A stretch of DNA of 63,957 nucleotides, filler included, from Asterionella formosa (GCA_002256025.1; 8 parts of 8 records of this genome joined end to end with filler, not necessarily neighbours in it), one strand, 5' to 3'. Numbered from the whole stretch's first letter, positions 47,829 to 61,710 are shown. Numbers and translations: made by a program. The notes: generated from the sequence alone by a model not told the origin.

Positions 47829-48320
47829 ATGCAATATTGGTTCTCCTCTCTGCAAACATCGAACAACGCAACAATCAACCATGAGTTCTGTTTGATCTCC
47901 CCCAATGAATGCCAAACTACTTCCATACAATCATGTTCCGTGCCCCACTTGCTTGTATTGATCGTGACATTGTCGAATCTGAAGTTGCAGGCTGTGGGAA
48001 TCGAATGCTGTGACTTTGCTGCATGCCCAGAGTGTCAATGTCGATGGGACGAGATGGAGGAGTTAGTTGAACAATACATGGAAGCAGACTTGGTTCAGCT
48101 TCGACTTGACGAAGATGTTATCACGCCGGGCCAAGGAAGAAACCTTATATACAAGTTTCTGGTCAAGATATTCTGTGGCTCACTTGGGAAAGGCATCTGT
48201 ATGGAACTTCCAGATTGTTGCCTGAAGGGGATTTGTTTGCTTCTCAATAATAAGGATCACAAAGAAGAGTACACTGGTTTTCAACCAGTATCTAAAAAGT
48301 TTAAACATAGTAGCAAATGA
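47829..48320 (+). pseudogene. P2X7 ballast/nanor-like (KolX-like) Cys-rich small ORF, probably transposon-borne; N-terminus likely frameshifted
   Basis: CPECQC...RNLIYKFLVKIFCGSLGKGICMELPDCCLKGI..EEYTGF resembles the R..AY.....G.LG...R..LP.C....IR..P...Y.GF pattern of the P2X7 C-terminal ballast family (recognised by eye). Confidence 0.55.
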
Positions 48321-49298
48321 CTTTTAGTAATCTATTAATTTTATTAGTTTGATTATATTTGAACATTATCATTGTCATCGCATTGCTGAAAATATTCTCA
48401 GCCTTTATAGCGTTAAAAACCATCAATAAATATTCAAACCTTTCAATCGTTGGCATTAAAAAATTAAAGAGCATAAAAATTTATTACATCATTTCTAGTT
48501 TCAAAAATATGAAAGATTCAGGTACCCGTCTCCGTTCCTTGATTGCAAATGGTGGCAAAGGACGGCGCACACACTAAGAGGCGCCTGATGAAACCATTTG
48601 GTTTGACAAAACAAAGAAAATTACAGATACAACAGAAAACACACCACCCATAATGAATCTGAGCAGACATTGTTTATTGTCTGCAGAATCATTGCAGCAG
48701 TTTATAGAGAGCAACAGTAGCTGTAGTAAATGCAGTGAAAAGTTGAGATGATTGCAAGTGTATAATATTGCATACAAACAAGGAATGGCAGATTTACAAA
48801 GGTACCTTATCNNNNNNNNNNNNNNNNNNNNNNNNNNNNNNNNNNNNNNNNNNNNTTAATTAATTAANNNNNNNNNNNNNNNNNNNNNNNNNNNNNNNNN
48901 NNNNNNNNNNNCTGTTGGCACCGCTGGGATATAAATGTCAGCTGCTAAGTTCTGTTGTTATAAATATCAAGCTGATTGATCGTGAAATGCCTCAACGCTT
49001 TGCTTCGTTTCCATTCGGACACCGGTACACGCGTGATGTTTACAAACAGGATGAATGATATGAATGTACGTAAAATTAATCTTTTTATTGGCTCTGGTCA
49101 TATGGCTGGGTGCATCCGCAAAGTGCATCGGGTAGCCGCCCGTACCTTGTAGTATGTTAGAAATTTAGTTTCACCAAATATTTGTTTTGCATACATCAAA
49201 GAAGAGTCGTCATATTGAATGTTGATTTCCCTTCATAAGAAATTGTTACTGGTTCATCAGTAAATATTGATAATTAATCATTGTCGTCGATTCTGATT

Positions 49299-52200
49299 GG
49301 TAAATTCTCGGTATGCGTCAGGGTGTCTCACGCGTATGCTCAAAAGGGAAACCGTTAGGTGTAGTCCTGCGAGGTCTGTCTTGTGACATGCAGGCGCCTG
49401 GTACTAGCGGCCTGTAGGACCAGCGTGCATTTTGGTCATCCTTGAGTGGGTAATCCTTGTCTGGAATATGTCGAGTTTTTCCCATCCAACAAGTTGTATT
49501 GGATATTGCTTTGTGATTACATCTTTTATCTGGTACCCTTCGATAGCGCTAATTGCAACATTAGGTTCAGTATTCTCCCCATCGCCTGCTTGATAGGAGA
49601 ATTAGTTGGTTTATCAGACCCACGTAGCCTCTTCAGTAGCTTTTATCGGTTGATTGTTGTAATTTTCGAAGGGAAAACTGCTGGCCAGCGAGCAACGTTT
49701 GTTTCGGCGTTCTGGGAGTCCGCTTTTGCGCATCGTTGTTCAGTGTTGGGGTCATTATCATCATGTCACCAAGGACCAAGCAGAGGGTTCGACAGGGTGG
49801 TAGGGTCTCGAAGCGTGTCATTGCAGCTCAACGAGCAACAAGAGCGCAAATTCGAGCAGCCCAGGGAGAAGATGAGCTTCCGGAGCCGCCAGATGACGTC
49901 GTTGAGGTGGAAGGAGTTGGGGGAATGCGGCCTGAAGTGATTCAGGAGGTCCGAATCCCCACACCAGACCTGCAGGCAAGCGATTGGAGTCGGAGTGACA
50001 GTTCTTCTGGACCGGCAGACAACCCCAACGATAGCTCAGGCGATAGTAGAGGCAACGAAAGCGACAATGATGATGACGATCCATCGGGCATTTCAGTTGG
50101 TGATCAACTTGCCATGGCGCAAGTGTTCATTGAGTTCAATGGTGTGTTGGCAGAGCCGCAATTTCGAGAGAAATTGATCACCTTTGGACTCACCCCAGCC
50201 CAAGCAGATATTGTGATAGAGAATGGGGCGGTCTCAGCGGAATCTTTTGCACGCCTTTTCGATAAAGATGCTTTGGACAAACTCTTTCATTATGAAGGGT
50301 TGACAGGACTTCGGGTCCTGGTTATTCAACGCATTAGGGTTTTACATCGATGGCTTCGACAGCAACAAGAGGCAGGTAGGAACCTTGGCCTCGTGAATCT
50401 CACCAAGTTTGATGATGACGCTCTCGCATCTTTACTCGATCAGGAGGAAAGAGAGGGCGCAACTAAAGGGAGATCTGTGGGGGGTGCCAAGAATGGGCTA
50501 ACCCTGCCTACTTTTAATGGCAATCAGATTTCTTATAAGACCTTCAATATAAAGTGGAGAGCTTATCTCTAACTCTAGAAATGAAGAAGGATATCCCCTA
50601 CTCTATGTTATTGTTAGAGCAAGGAAAGAAGAGTTGTCTATTAGACCTCAGATCAAGGGTACCACACTCTCGGGCAAAAGATTTGACCGCGATAACTTCA
50701 AGGTCAGTCAGATGTTAGAAATGGCCCTTGCTGATGGCGGCGCCTCAGTACACTCAAGGAAGTTCCCCGGGGATGGGCGGTCTGCATATTTGAGCATGCA
50801 TTCTCAATATCAGAGTACTTCCAAAAATGAAACCAGGGTTCAAGAAGTGAGGAACAAACTCAAAACGTTACAGTATAGGGCAACAAAAAACTTCCCCTGG
50901 GATAAGTTCAGCAACACCTTGTTGAGTCATCACCAAGAACTTGAAAGCATGAAGGCTGGAGTGGACAAGCATACCCAAGTTCGTGATCTTGTCAGCATGA
51001 TTCTCCATGAAAAGACCAAGGGCATAGCAGCTGAGATTGTTGCTACTGAAAAAAAGGCGAAGAAAAGTCTTCGTCATGCCTTGGCCAAGATTGAAGAACG
51101 CATGGCGCTACTTGGCACATTAACTCAGACAGGTGATGATGGTCAAAATAGCACTCCAAATCGGCAAATCAAGAAACTAAAGTCAAAAATCAAAGCATTA
51201 AAAAGAAAGGATTCCGAGAAAGGAAAAGGGATAGGCGATAAGAAACAACAGAGCGAGAACAATTATAATCCAGATAATGTAATTGAGGCAGTGAAGAAAG
51301 CTGGAGGGAAACTTGGGAGCAAATATGTGAGCTATCTGCTCAGGGGTCGAAATAAAGAGGAAGTTCATGTTGTTAAATCGGTATCGAGTGAAGGACATGA
51401 CAATGAGAGAGCCGATTCTGAAGATGATGCAACTGAAGGTCCCAGCCACATGCCAAGTGACGCTGCTTCCGCATCATTCAGCCGCGACTCTCGGAATAGA
51501 CATTCTGAGAACCCAACCAAAAAGCAAAAGGTCAGCTCAACAAGCAGCACCCGTAGGGAGCTCGCTGGTGTGGTGACTCACTGTAAAGTGGGCTACAAGG
51601 TTGGAAAGGCACTAGTCATACAGCATCCTAACGACTTTAAGGTCACAGCTCGTCTGGAAGTGGATTCCAGAGCCGACACATGTTATTTTGGGAAAACATT
51701 CCGCCTACTAGAGCAAAGCGATCGAGTGGCAGATGTTCAGGGCTTCTCTGGGGAGCTAGGATCCTTTTCAGATGTTCCAATTGGCACATGTGCAACAGCA
51801 ATTGACCTAACAGGGGTACAGGAAACCATCATTGGTGTCTGGAATGAAGGCCTTTACTTTGGCAAGCGTTTAGACGATTCACTCCTCAACCCTAATCAGT
51901 GTCGAGCATATGGTATTGTAGTCAACACCTGCCCCAAGCAATATTCCCAAGGAAAGTCTTTGCACGGAATTTATGTTCCAGAACAAGACTTTTTCTTCCC
52001 ATTCAAGATGCATGGATGCATCAGCTATCTCACCACTCGCCTCCCTACCGATGATGAATTAGTCAACTGTCGGCACGTCACATTTACTTCCGACGCAGCA
52101 TGGGACCCTTATTCGCAGTCCTTTGCCAACCTCGAGAAGGTTTAGGAAAATGTTGCTCGTGGAGATACAACTGGGGAGTTCTTTAGCACACATGGCGACA

Positions 52201-55200
52201 TTGTGCACTGTGTTGGAGCCACTTCCAGCACAGATCGCCGCTCAACTGTGGATGCAGCCACACTGGCCCGACAATGGGGGACAAGTTTGGCAACTGCAGC
52301 GAGTACCCTGCAGGCATCCACAACAAGAGCAGTATGGTTCTTTTCACAAATGGAAGAGCTCTCCCGCCGGTTTCGAACGCTTCAAGGACAGTTACGATAC
52401 CCCCACCTTCGTACTAGGTGGTATACTGATACCATGTTTCCCAAGGACAAGGTGAAGTCGGTGAGGGGACACACATGTGCCCAACTTTTCTGTAATGATC
52501 ATTGTTGGGCCAAGGTGTATCCAATGCGCTCTGAGGCAGATTGTGGGGATAGATTCAATGCAGCCATCCGGCAATATGGAATTCCAGAACTAGGTATCCA
52601 CTCAGACAATGCAGATGCGGAAACGGGGGACTTCACAGAGTTCGAGAGAGTCCGGAAGATCCACTTAGTTCCTCGTACAACAACAGAGCCTCACAGCCCC
52701 TGGATGAACAGAGCTGAGAGCGAGATTGGACAATTCAAGACGCATTTGCGTCGTGTCATGAATAGGTACAGATGTCCAGACATGCTATGATGTTTTGCAG
52801 TGGAATATACCTCCAACATTCGTGAGCTCATGTCTAGACCTGCACTTGAGGGTCGATCTCCATATGAAGTGATGAGAGGTGAGACTCCTGATATTTCGGA
52901 GTATACAGATTTCGATTTCTATCAGTTTGTGATTTACTATGATCCCAATGATATGGACGAGAGTGGCCTGGCCCGACGGAAACTTGGGAGATGGCTTGGC
53001 CCCTCCAAGAGCGTTGGGCAACCTTTATGTTACTATGTACTTAAGGCGAATGGGCGGTACATCACTCGGTCGACTGTGAGGCCGATTGTCGATGATGATT
53101 ATTTAAAGTATCCAATGCTGAGAGATGAAATGAAAGAATTTGAGACTAGGATAAAGGAGCATGTTGGGTCCATGATAATGATGCTATTCTCCAGTCTGAG
53201 GTAGATGAGCCTGAAGAAGAGATCTTCGAGGCTACCCCTGATGGCATGCTCCCTACAGATGAAGATCTGGAAGAAGATCCTAATGGTCCAAGTTTCGATC
53301 CACTGATTAACGCTCAGGTTGTACTTCTTCCACACAAGGAGGGCGATATGATTGCAGTGGTCATTAAACGAAAGTGGGATGCAAACGGGAACCTGGTTGG
53401 GCGTAAGCACAGGTTTCCAAGGTTAGATTCCAGGGTTTATGAGGTCGAATTCTTAGATGGTGAGCGACAGCAAATCGCATACAATATATTGGCAGAGCAT
53501 CTCCTCAGTCAGGTAGACGAGGAGGGTAGACAGTACCAACTCTTCAAAGAAATTGTGGACCATCGCCGTGATTCAAGGAAGGCTGTGGAGAGGAGTGATC
53601 AATACTTCCAGCGAAATGGGAAACATTATAAGAAGAAGACAACAACTGGTTGGGATCTAGAAGTCGAATGGAGGGACGGATCTACATCCTGGCTCCCATT
53701 AAAGACTCTGAAGCAAACAAATCCAATTGAAGTTGCTGAATATGCCAAAGCGAACCAAATCGAGACCGAGCCTGCTTTTGATTGGTGGGTTCCAATGGTC
53801 TTAAGACGCAAGAAACGAATCATCAGGGCAACACAGAGTAGACACCACCGAGCTGGTTTTAAAATTGGGGTTCAAATGCCAAGTAGTATTCCCGATGCAG
53901 CAAGGTTGGACCATGAAAATGGTAATACACTTTGGATGGATGCTCTCCGCAAGGAGATGTCTGCAGTGATGATAGCTTTTGAAGTTCAGCCAGAAAAGGC
54001 AACCCACGTTCCTGGGTACAAGAAGATTCCGGGACATATAGTCTGGGATGTCAAGATGGACTTCATGCGCAAGGCTAGGTATGTGGCAGGAGGTCATAGG
54101 ACTGACCCCCCGAAGGCAATGACATATTCAAGTGTCGTTTCTAGGGAGACAATTCGCATTGCCTTGTTGGTTGCCGGTCTAAATGGATTAAATCTACTAA
54201 GGCTGACAGACATTGGGAATGCTTATTTGACAGCGCCTGTGACAGAGCGTTATCATGTTGTGGCAGGGGACGAATTTGGCCCGCTGAAAGGTCGTGTGCT
54301 GAAGATCATTCGTGCTCTTTATGGTCTGAAGTCTGCTGGTGCCGCCTTTCGGGCACATCTGGCTTCTGTGTTACGTGATCACTTGTATTTCTATGCTTGT
54401 GAGGCTGATCCAGATCTGTGGTTAAGGAAAGCAACAAAACTGGATGGCTCAGCATACTATGAATATGCATTGGTCTACGTCGATGATGTTATGCTCATTT
54501 CAGCGGCAGCTGATGAGTTAGTCAAGGAATTAGCTTGTTACTTTACACTTAAGGTTGTTGAAGATCCATGGACCGCACCTTGCCGCTATCTAGGCGCAAT
54601 GGTTGGTCAGTATCAATTTGGTGATGGGTCATTGGCTTGGTCAATGTCAGCAGAGGATTATCTCACCAAGGCTATTCCGACTATTGAGGAAGCTTGGGAT
54701 GAAAAGTTATGCTGTAAGGCGTCCTCACCCCTACCAGCTGGATACCATCCTGAGATTGATGTCAGCCCTCTATTGAGTGAGGATGATGTATCCTTGTACG
54801 CTAGTTATATTGGAATCCTACAATGAGCGACTGAGTTAGCGCGAATTGATTTGATGCATTCGGTGGCGCTCATGTCGAGATTTAGGAATGCTCCACGTGA
54901 GGGACACATGGAGGCAGTGCTCCGCATATTTGGTTATGTGAAAGGGCATCTGAGGTCATGGCTTGTATTTGATCCAGCATATAGGGATTGGACTACAGAT
55001 GATTGGTATGATGGTGCTGATTGGAAAGAATTCTACCCTGATGCTGTTGAGTTGATTCCACCAGGTGCACCAGAGGCTCTTGGGAATGAGGTACAAATCA
55101 ACATCTTTTGTGATGCTGCGCATGCGACTTGCCTTGCTACCAGTAGATCGACAACAGGGGTATTGCTATTCTTAATGGTGCTGCTGTGAGGTGGTATTCC

Positions 55201-56121
55201 AAAAGGCAAAATACTGTCGAAACGTCAACTTTTGGGAGTGAGTTCGTGGCGATGAAAATTGCTCTTGAAATGAATGACGCCCTTAGATACAAGTTACGTA
55301 TGATGGGAGTGCCCATTGATGGTGCCGCAAATGTGTTTGGAGACAACGCAAGTGTGGTAAAGAATGTGACTAGGCCTGAGTCAACGTTAAATAAAAGGCA
55401 TAATGCGATTGCTTATCACAAGTGTCGTGAGGCTTGTGCATGCGGATCAGCGCATGTTGCACATGAACCTGGTAAGGCTAACTGCTCTGATGGTCTAACG
55501 AAAATACTCACTGGGGTGCCGTTTTATCATTTTGCCAGGAGTGTTTATATTAAATTGTTTCTGTTATATCTAGCTATTGGAACACTGCTTGAGAGCGATA
55601 TTATGTGATGTTTGATACAGAACAAGGTTCAACGACTACTGTTCTTTTCCAAAACGGAATAGGAAGACAGTGGGTTGCGAATCGGAATACATGGTACAGC
55701 CCAAAAATGGACTGAGTGATGAAGATCGCTGGCAGAACCGGTCGTTATTGTTGCAATGGAGGAGCGTTTTCACGGTGGCATCTGGCATGGTTACCACTGT
55801 GGGGGGACTGGTAAATTCTGGGTATACGTCAGGGTGTCTCAGGTGTATGCTCAAAAGGGAAACCGTTAGGTGTAGTCCTGCGAGGTCTGTCTTGTGACAT
55901 GCAGGCGCCTGGTACTAGCGGCCTGTAGGACCAGCGTGCATTTTGGTCATCCTTGAGTGGGTAATCCTTGTCTGGAATATGTCGAGTTTTTCCCATCCAA
56001 CAAGTTGTGTTGGATATTGCTTTGTGATTACATCTTTTTTATCTAGTACCCTTCGATAGCGCTAATTGCAACATGAGGTTCAGTATTCTCCCCATCGCCT
56101 GTTTGATAGGAGAATTAGTTG
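49299..56121 (+). mobile_element. Full-length but inactivated Ty1/Copia LTR retrotransposon (diatom CoDi-like); LTRs 49299-49608 and 55810-56121, TSD TGATT
   Basis: Paired ~310-bp LTRs, a G-rich PPT before 55810, and a perfect 5-bp TSD at 49294-49298 and 56122-56126. Domain order: gag, PR (LEVDSRADT), IN (YTDTMF..HSDNA..NRAESEIG), chromodomain-like, RT (RKARYVAGG, DIGNAYL, YGLKSAG, YVDD), RNase H (FCDAAHA, STFGSEFVA, GDNASV, SDGLTK). There are multiple stops and frameshifts. Confidence 0.96.
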
Positions 56122-56950
56122 TGATTACAAACTTAAAAAAATCAAAGTCAATTGCGCAACGATGAGTTCTGAACTTGCCAATCAAGTTCTGAATTTGCCA
56201 ATCAACTTCTCAACTGCAACAGGTCCATGTCTGTTGCTTTGTGAGTGTATTATGTTGACTTGACCACTATCAATTGCATGGTAAGCAATCAAATATTGTC
56301 TTGCTCGTTTTGCAAATTTTCTTATTCCCATCAATGTAATCATATCGACCAACAAACATTTTCTAACTGCTTCTATAAATTTGTCTTTCCTTTCCCTTTC
56401 TTTTCCTTCAGGGATAGATTTCAATAGTGATTCTTGGAGCATGCCCACATGTACTCAACTCCTTTGCCTGCAAGTTCTGCATGGCATTTGGGAGTTAGAA
56501 TAACTTCCACTCCAACCTTTCTTCCAATGAATTCCATCATTCCTTGCTCATGAAGGAAGTCGTAGCACATGGTCATCATTTCTCTTAAGCTTGTAGAATT
56601 GTTAACGATTCCGAAATTGTCGTTCTTTCCAGTAAGTTTGTATTTTTCAATGCTCGTCTCATCAATGAATCCTCGCTCCCATAACACCTGTAGCAAACCC
56701 TTCGACTTACCCACCCAACCTTCTTTCCTTCTTTCAATTAGTTCTTTGGTTTCAATGGCTTTCTTTGTACATAGTTCGACTAACTCTCTTTGCTTTTCCC
56801 TTTCGTAATTAAATCCTTTGCTGAGCAGGTCCATTGTCAATGACAGCCGATTTCGGTCAGCATTTTTTGTTCCAATCACAACATCATGGCGGCATAATTC
56901 AGCTTGAGTAGGGGTGAGAAAAGATGGACCCTGATCTTATTGTAGAAAAG
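56122..56950 (-). mobile_element. IS630/Tc1-like DDE transposase C-terminal part (pseudogene), interrupted by the Copia; last codons continue at 49298-49274
   Basis: GWVGKSKGLLQVLWERGFID ... LTPKCHAELAGKGVEYMWACSKNHY ... IRKFAKRARQYLIAY ... RTHRCAIDFDFFKFVI; removing the Copia continues the frame as RIDDND*. Confidence 0.82.
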
Positions 56951-59727
56951 NNNNNNNNNNNNNNNNNNNNNNNNNNNNNNNNNNNNNNNNNNNNTTAATT
57001 AATTAANNNNNNNNNNNNNNNNNNNNNNNNNNNNNNNNNNNNNNNNNNNNTGTAGGCTACATGATTATATTCCAGAACAAATTTGTGCTATCTTTGGTAC
57101 TACATACATAGTAGCTACCCTGTGCATGAATCCAGCGATAGTAAGTATATTATGTATATGCAATAATAAACGTCAGTGTTCACTTGCTTCATCTTACCAC
57201 AGCCTTATGTTTACTGGTATTCAGTATAATTAGCTACTGTATTACGTAGGTTGTAGGTGGGTGCGACGGCAGCTGCATTGAAATGATGATGTCACAATAA
57301 GCAAATTGCTACTCTAAGCAAAGCGGTCCTACTTTAAGCAAAACTAATGGATGTAAACGGCAGAATGAGGAAAAAGGATTGGCTGGTCTCAATATTTCAT
57401 GCTAAATCAGATTAAGGCCAAAAATACATTGGAAAAACAAGCCGGCCAGGTTGGTTTATCAAACAGATATCAAGAAGAGACATATGTATCAATTTGGAAT
57501 TGGAATAAGTATTGCTGGTAAAAAGTCATATGTAGATCTAGATATATCAATCTTACCGCAACATGCATGTCATTAAAATGAATTTCAAGTATACTAGGAA
57601 TCCCTACCAGTAAAAAATTTCATTCCTCACCCAAAAGCATGAGACTTACCAATGGTTTGATTCACTCAACTACTATTGACTCGCTTCTCCTCCCTGAAAT
57701 TTATTTTGTTGAATACTGCAGAGATGACAGAAAGAGGCATCAGTATGTAAGAATTGCGTTCCTAGTTAAGGTTTCTGTATTAGAAATGCGGTGGTGGTGC
57801 TGTATATAATGTCAGTCTTCTGGTGAGATTAATTATCCAAGATAAAAGTGGATAACTTGATTTGGACTTGAATTTTTGAAGAGGATCCTGATTTTGCCTG
57901 TGTCGATTTTCTTCTTCCTTTGGGAGTCCAGTGAGGTTAGCAGCTTCCTGTTTCATTGGATTTTTGTGCCTTCTTTTGAACATTTCCCAGGGTTTTGCTA
58001 TTGGAAGTGGTGGCAACATTACTGTGTTTCTGCCTCTTCAGTTTTCCACCTCTTGTGACACTTCTTCATTGCTGCTGATGATTTCAGCTGATATTCTCAG
58101 GCTGTTGCTTAATTGCATGCCAGTTTTTCTTCGAATAACATGCTTCGATTGCATCGCCATCATGACATCATTGTAATTGTAGTGTCTTGCTTTGATGAGC
58201 GGAAACTTTCACGTTTTGCTGGTTTTAGTTTCACCGCCTTTTTGTGTCTACTCATCCGTTTAATATAGTTAAGTTGATGCCGGTGACTTTAGTAGAGACT
58301 GACCAGCAGCTTGTTTGATGCTGCGTTTTGCAATTTTGATAGCGCTGTTTGTATAATTATTCCTGGAGATCTCCGTAGGTTAACCAATTGTGAATCCCTT
58401 TCTGCCGCTCTGTGTTTTTACTGGTGTAGTCTTGGTTATACTCGTCTTTATACTTAGCGAAAAAATTGAAGGCGAATTAAATAAATTGGTTATAGAGTCG
58501 ACCTACCATAAAACCCGGTGTCTTGTATGGGTGGCACAATTTATTTTACTTAGAGGGGGAAAAAGACAACTGCATTATTTTATCTCCAAACATTATGAGC
58601 AAAACAACTTCACCACCAGTTCTCAAATAGTAATATTAAAAAATATATTGTTCCAGATTCCATAGAGTTTCCAGTTTAGGTGCACTGGTGCACCCGAATT
58701 TTGTCATGGCTTCACTAGTAGTAATTCCTAGAGTGATTAGTACGCATTTGTATCTAATCCTATGCTGGCAATGATATGTGTAGGCACTACAAATTGGATC
58801 GTGATAGAAATCAAGACGAGTCAATCACATCACTTATATGTTTATTGGACCAGAATTATTACATGCGTGAAATGTTGGTTTCTGCATCAGACAGCAGACC
58901 AAAATGATTCTGCGAACGCTTCTGGCAAGTAACAATATCAAGGCAACACTGCCTGAGCCTGTAGCACTCAGCATGATAATCGCCTTCCTTTCACTTGCTG
59001 AACCTTGGCTTCGACTGTCACATACCATTCATTTACCTTTCTTTCCATTTGGTTTTGAAAAAATTGTTTCAGCCCTCTGGGATTTAGTCTTTTGTCCCTG
59101 CCTTGTTTATCTAACTGTTTCTTTGTGTATGACAACAGCAGGAGTTATACCAAGCACCTCCTTCCACCTCTCAGCCAATTATGCACCGGGTCAGTGTGAA
59201 TTGTCTGGCTAGCTCATTTGTCTTGATTTCTTCTGCATCTTTCACACCTATTCATTTTACTCCTTCCAACAATAATCGATATTCTTTGCAGTCAATGTCA
59301 AAAGCGATTTACGATATAGAATAGATTCGGTTCTTATTCTTTTGAGTATATATTTAACATCATCAGTGACTAAAAAACTCTTTTAGGTGCATAAAGCATG
59401 TATAGCTTGCTTGTTCAATATTTGGACATACATACTTTTCGTCAGAATGATATCATCGATGATCTCATCACGTAGACCCCGAATCTTTCAAAAACAGTAA
59501 AGCTTTCATATTTTTATATGACCTAATGTTTAAAATTTTTTAGATCTAACATTGAAAAAATTTTCCGATCGCACAGCAAATATTCCTATAAAAAATGAGT
59601 TCGAGATGTAACTGGAAAAAGTAGATTTAAACCTTAGATCTACAAGAATATGAGCTCTGACATGAGATTAACAATTTCTTGGAGCAAATAATAGAATTGC
59701 CCGATCAATCATGATATGTCTCTGATC

Positions 59728-61420
59728 ATCGATCAATAAATGGGCTCCAACACTGCTGTTTGTAACTTACAAATACTGTTTGTCTACCATTATCCTGAAA
59801 GAAGCAACACATATGTGTCAGTTTTTCTAACTAACAGTTGTAGATTGATCGAAAGATGGCTGATAGCACTTACCGATTTCTTGTGTTCACATTGATGGTT
59901 GGCCAGCCACCAGATCGAAAAGGAGCTATTGAATCAATGAAAGGGGACGAGTCATTCTGTATTTGTAATCCCAACAATTTGTCTTCCTGGCAATTGCTCT
60001 TGACATGCCGTGATACTATGCACAGCTTGTTGATTCCGCCCTTCTCCATCATATTCACTCATTCTTAGCCGCATGGTGTATCATCGTGTTGTATTGTCAC
60101 TTCAGTTTTTCGCATCATGTGTTGCTTGAGATCCTTCATTTCAGGAAGTGTGTTCATGCCAAGGAAGTATCATTGTGTTGTATCATCACTTTTGTTTTCC
60201 GCGTCATCATGTGTGATGATCCTTCATTTCAGGAGCAAAGTGTATGCATGCATGACAAGTAACAAGAAAACATGATTTCAAATGTTTCAGCCATGAATAC
60301 ATATATTTAAAGATTTGTACAAAGTTTAAATGTATATATAGTTGAACATTTGCATAGTTTTAAACACGCTCATTATACGGCACATCCTGTGTATACTAAT
60401 ATCAATTTTGATTATACATAATTCAAATATATACAATGCATGATGCGTTCATAGTTTTCCACGACCTGTTGATTTTTTTCAATTTTTTTGTGTCAATTCT
60501 TGTACCTACAAGTCAGTGGCTGATTTAATTAAGCCCCTTAATAAATGGGAGTCATTACCAATTTTTCAAATGGTCGAAATCATACATTTTTTGTATATAG
60601 ACACATTGACCATATACAGTCGAAAATTTCATATGGCCTACCAGTAGTACTGTATACTTGCTGGATATTACTTCAATCATGGGAATACCACAATACTGCA
60701 GCAGAAAATTGAATATGCTCATGTGTTTAGGATCATTTGATCATATTTCTAAGATCAATTAATCCTGATTTCTGAAAATAAAATTTGATCTTTCAGTTTT
60801 TGTCAACGACACCGTTTATCATATGATCAACATGTTATGATCAAAGGTATAGGAGAAACGAATCTAAATTCATTGATTAAAGATCATAGTTTATACCGGA
60901 GTAGTTGCTCATGCATGCAAACCCTTCCCCCCTGTATACAGTATGGAAGTGATATCGGCCGGAAATATTCGTCTTGTGTGATGAGCCATTTCGTTTTCAT
61001 TGGATTTCTTTTCAAGCTCTTAACGGATTGCATAGTACGAACATACTGTGCAATGTAGATAATGATTCATCGAAGACATATGATGACTTGAACGACAAAT
61101 GAAGATTTTATCACAAACACTTGTTCCTCTCGACATGGCCGCTTTGTCGTTGTTGCAAGAATCAGAGTGAGGACTGGCGAGGATGATGAGCCAAACCACA
61201 TAACTTTAACTGGTACATTATCCTACCAAGAAATTTAAATGAAAATATATATAGGAAACAATACATATAATAATTAAATTTCCATAGTCAAAAGGGTTAC
61301 TATTTATATTATGAGGGCATTTATCAAAATTATTAGATGATATAACGAAAAATTATGATCAGATGATCATGATCCTATGATGCATCATAGGAATATGATG
61401 GGTTTTATTTGCAGACGCAA
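59728..61420. repeat. Dispersed repeat family copy, reverse complement of 28075-28410 + 30285-31435
   Basis: Colinear similarity visible by eye over more than 1.4 kb. Confidence 0.88.
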
Positions 61421-61710
61421 TTTCATATGAAATGGTTCTGGTGCACTACTACTTCTCATGAATCAGACCATTGAATGTATCAACAAGGCACGTTTAGATT
61501 ACATCAAACCAACATTTGGTGGCATGTGCATTAAAAAGTTGAGAGAGTGTCAGAATGTATTGAATAATCAATTTAAAGGAATCTTAGGTAAGTTCATGCA
61601 GTGCGGGAGATGCTCTGAAAGCATGATGTTTTGAGTCGGTGATTATATTCTTATCAAATATAATTCAATTTAAAAATGCTAACATAATTCATGACACACC
61701 AGCTGGTCAA

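Noticed and set aside
28075..61420. Giant inverted repeat bounding one ~33-kb element
   Set aside because: The two copies lie on different, arbitrarily oriented contigs.
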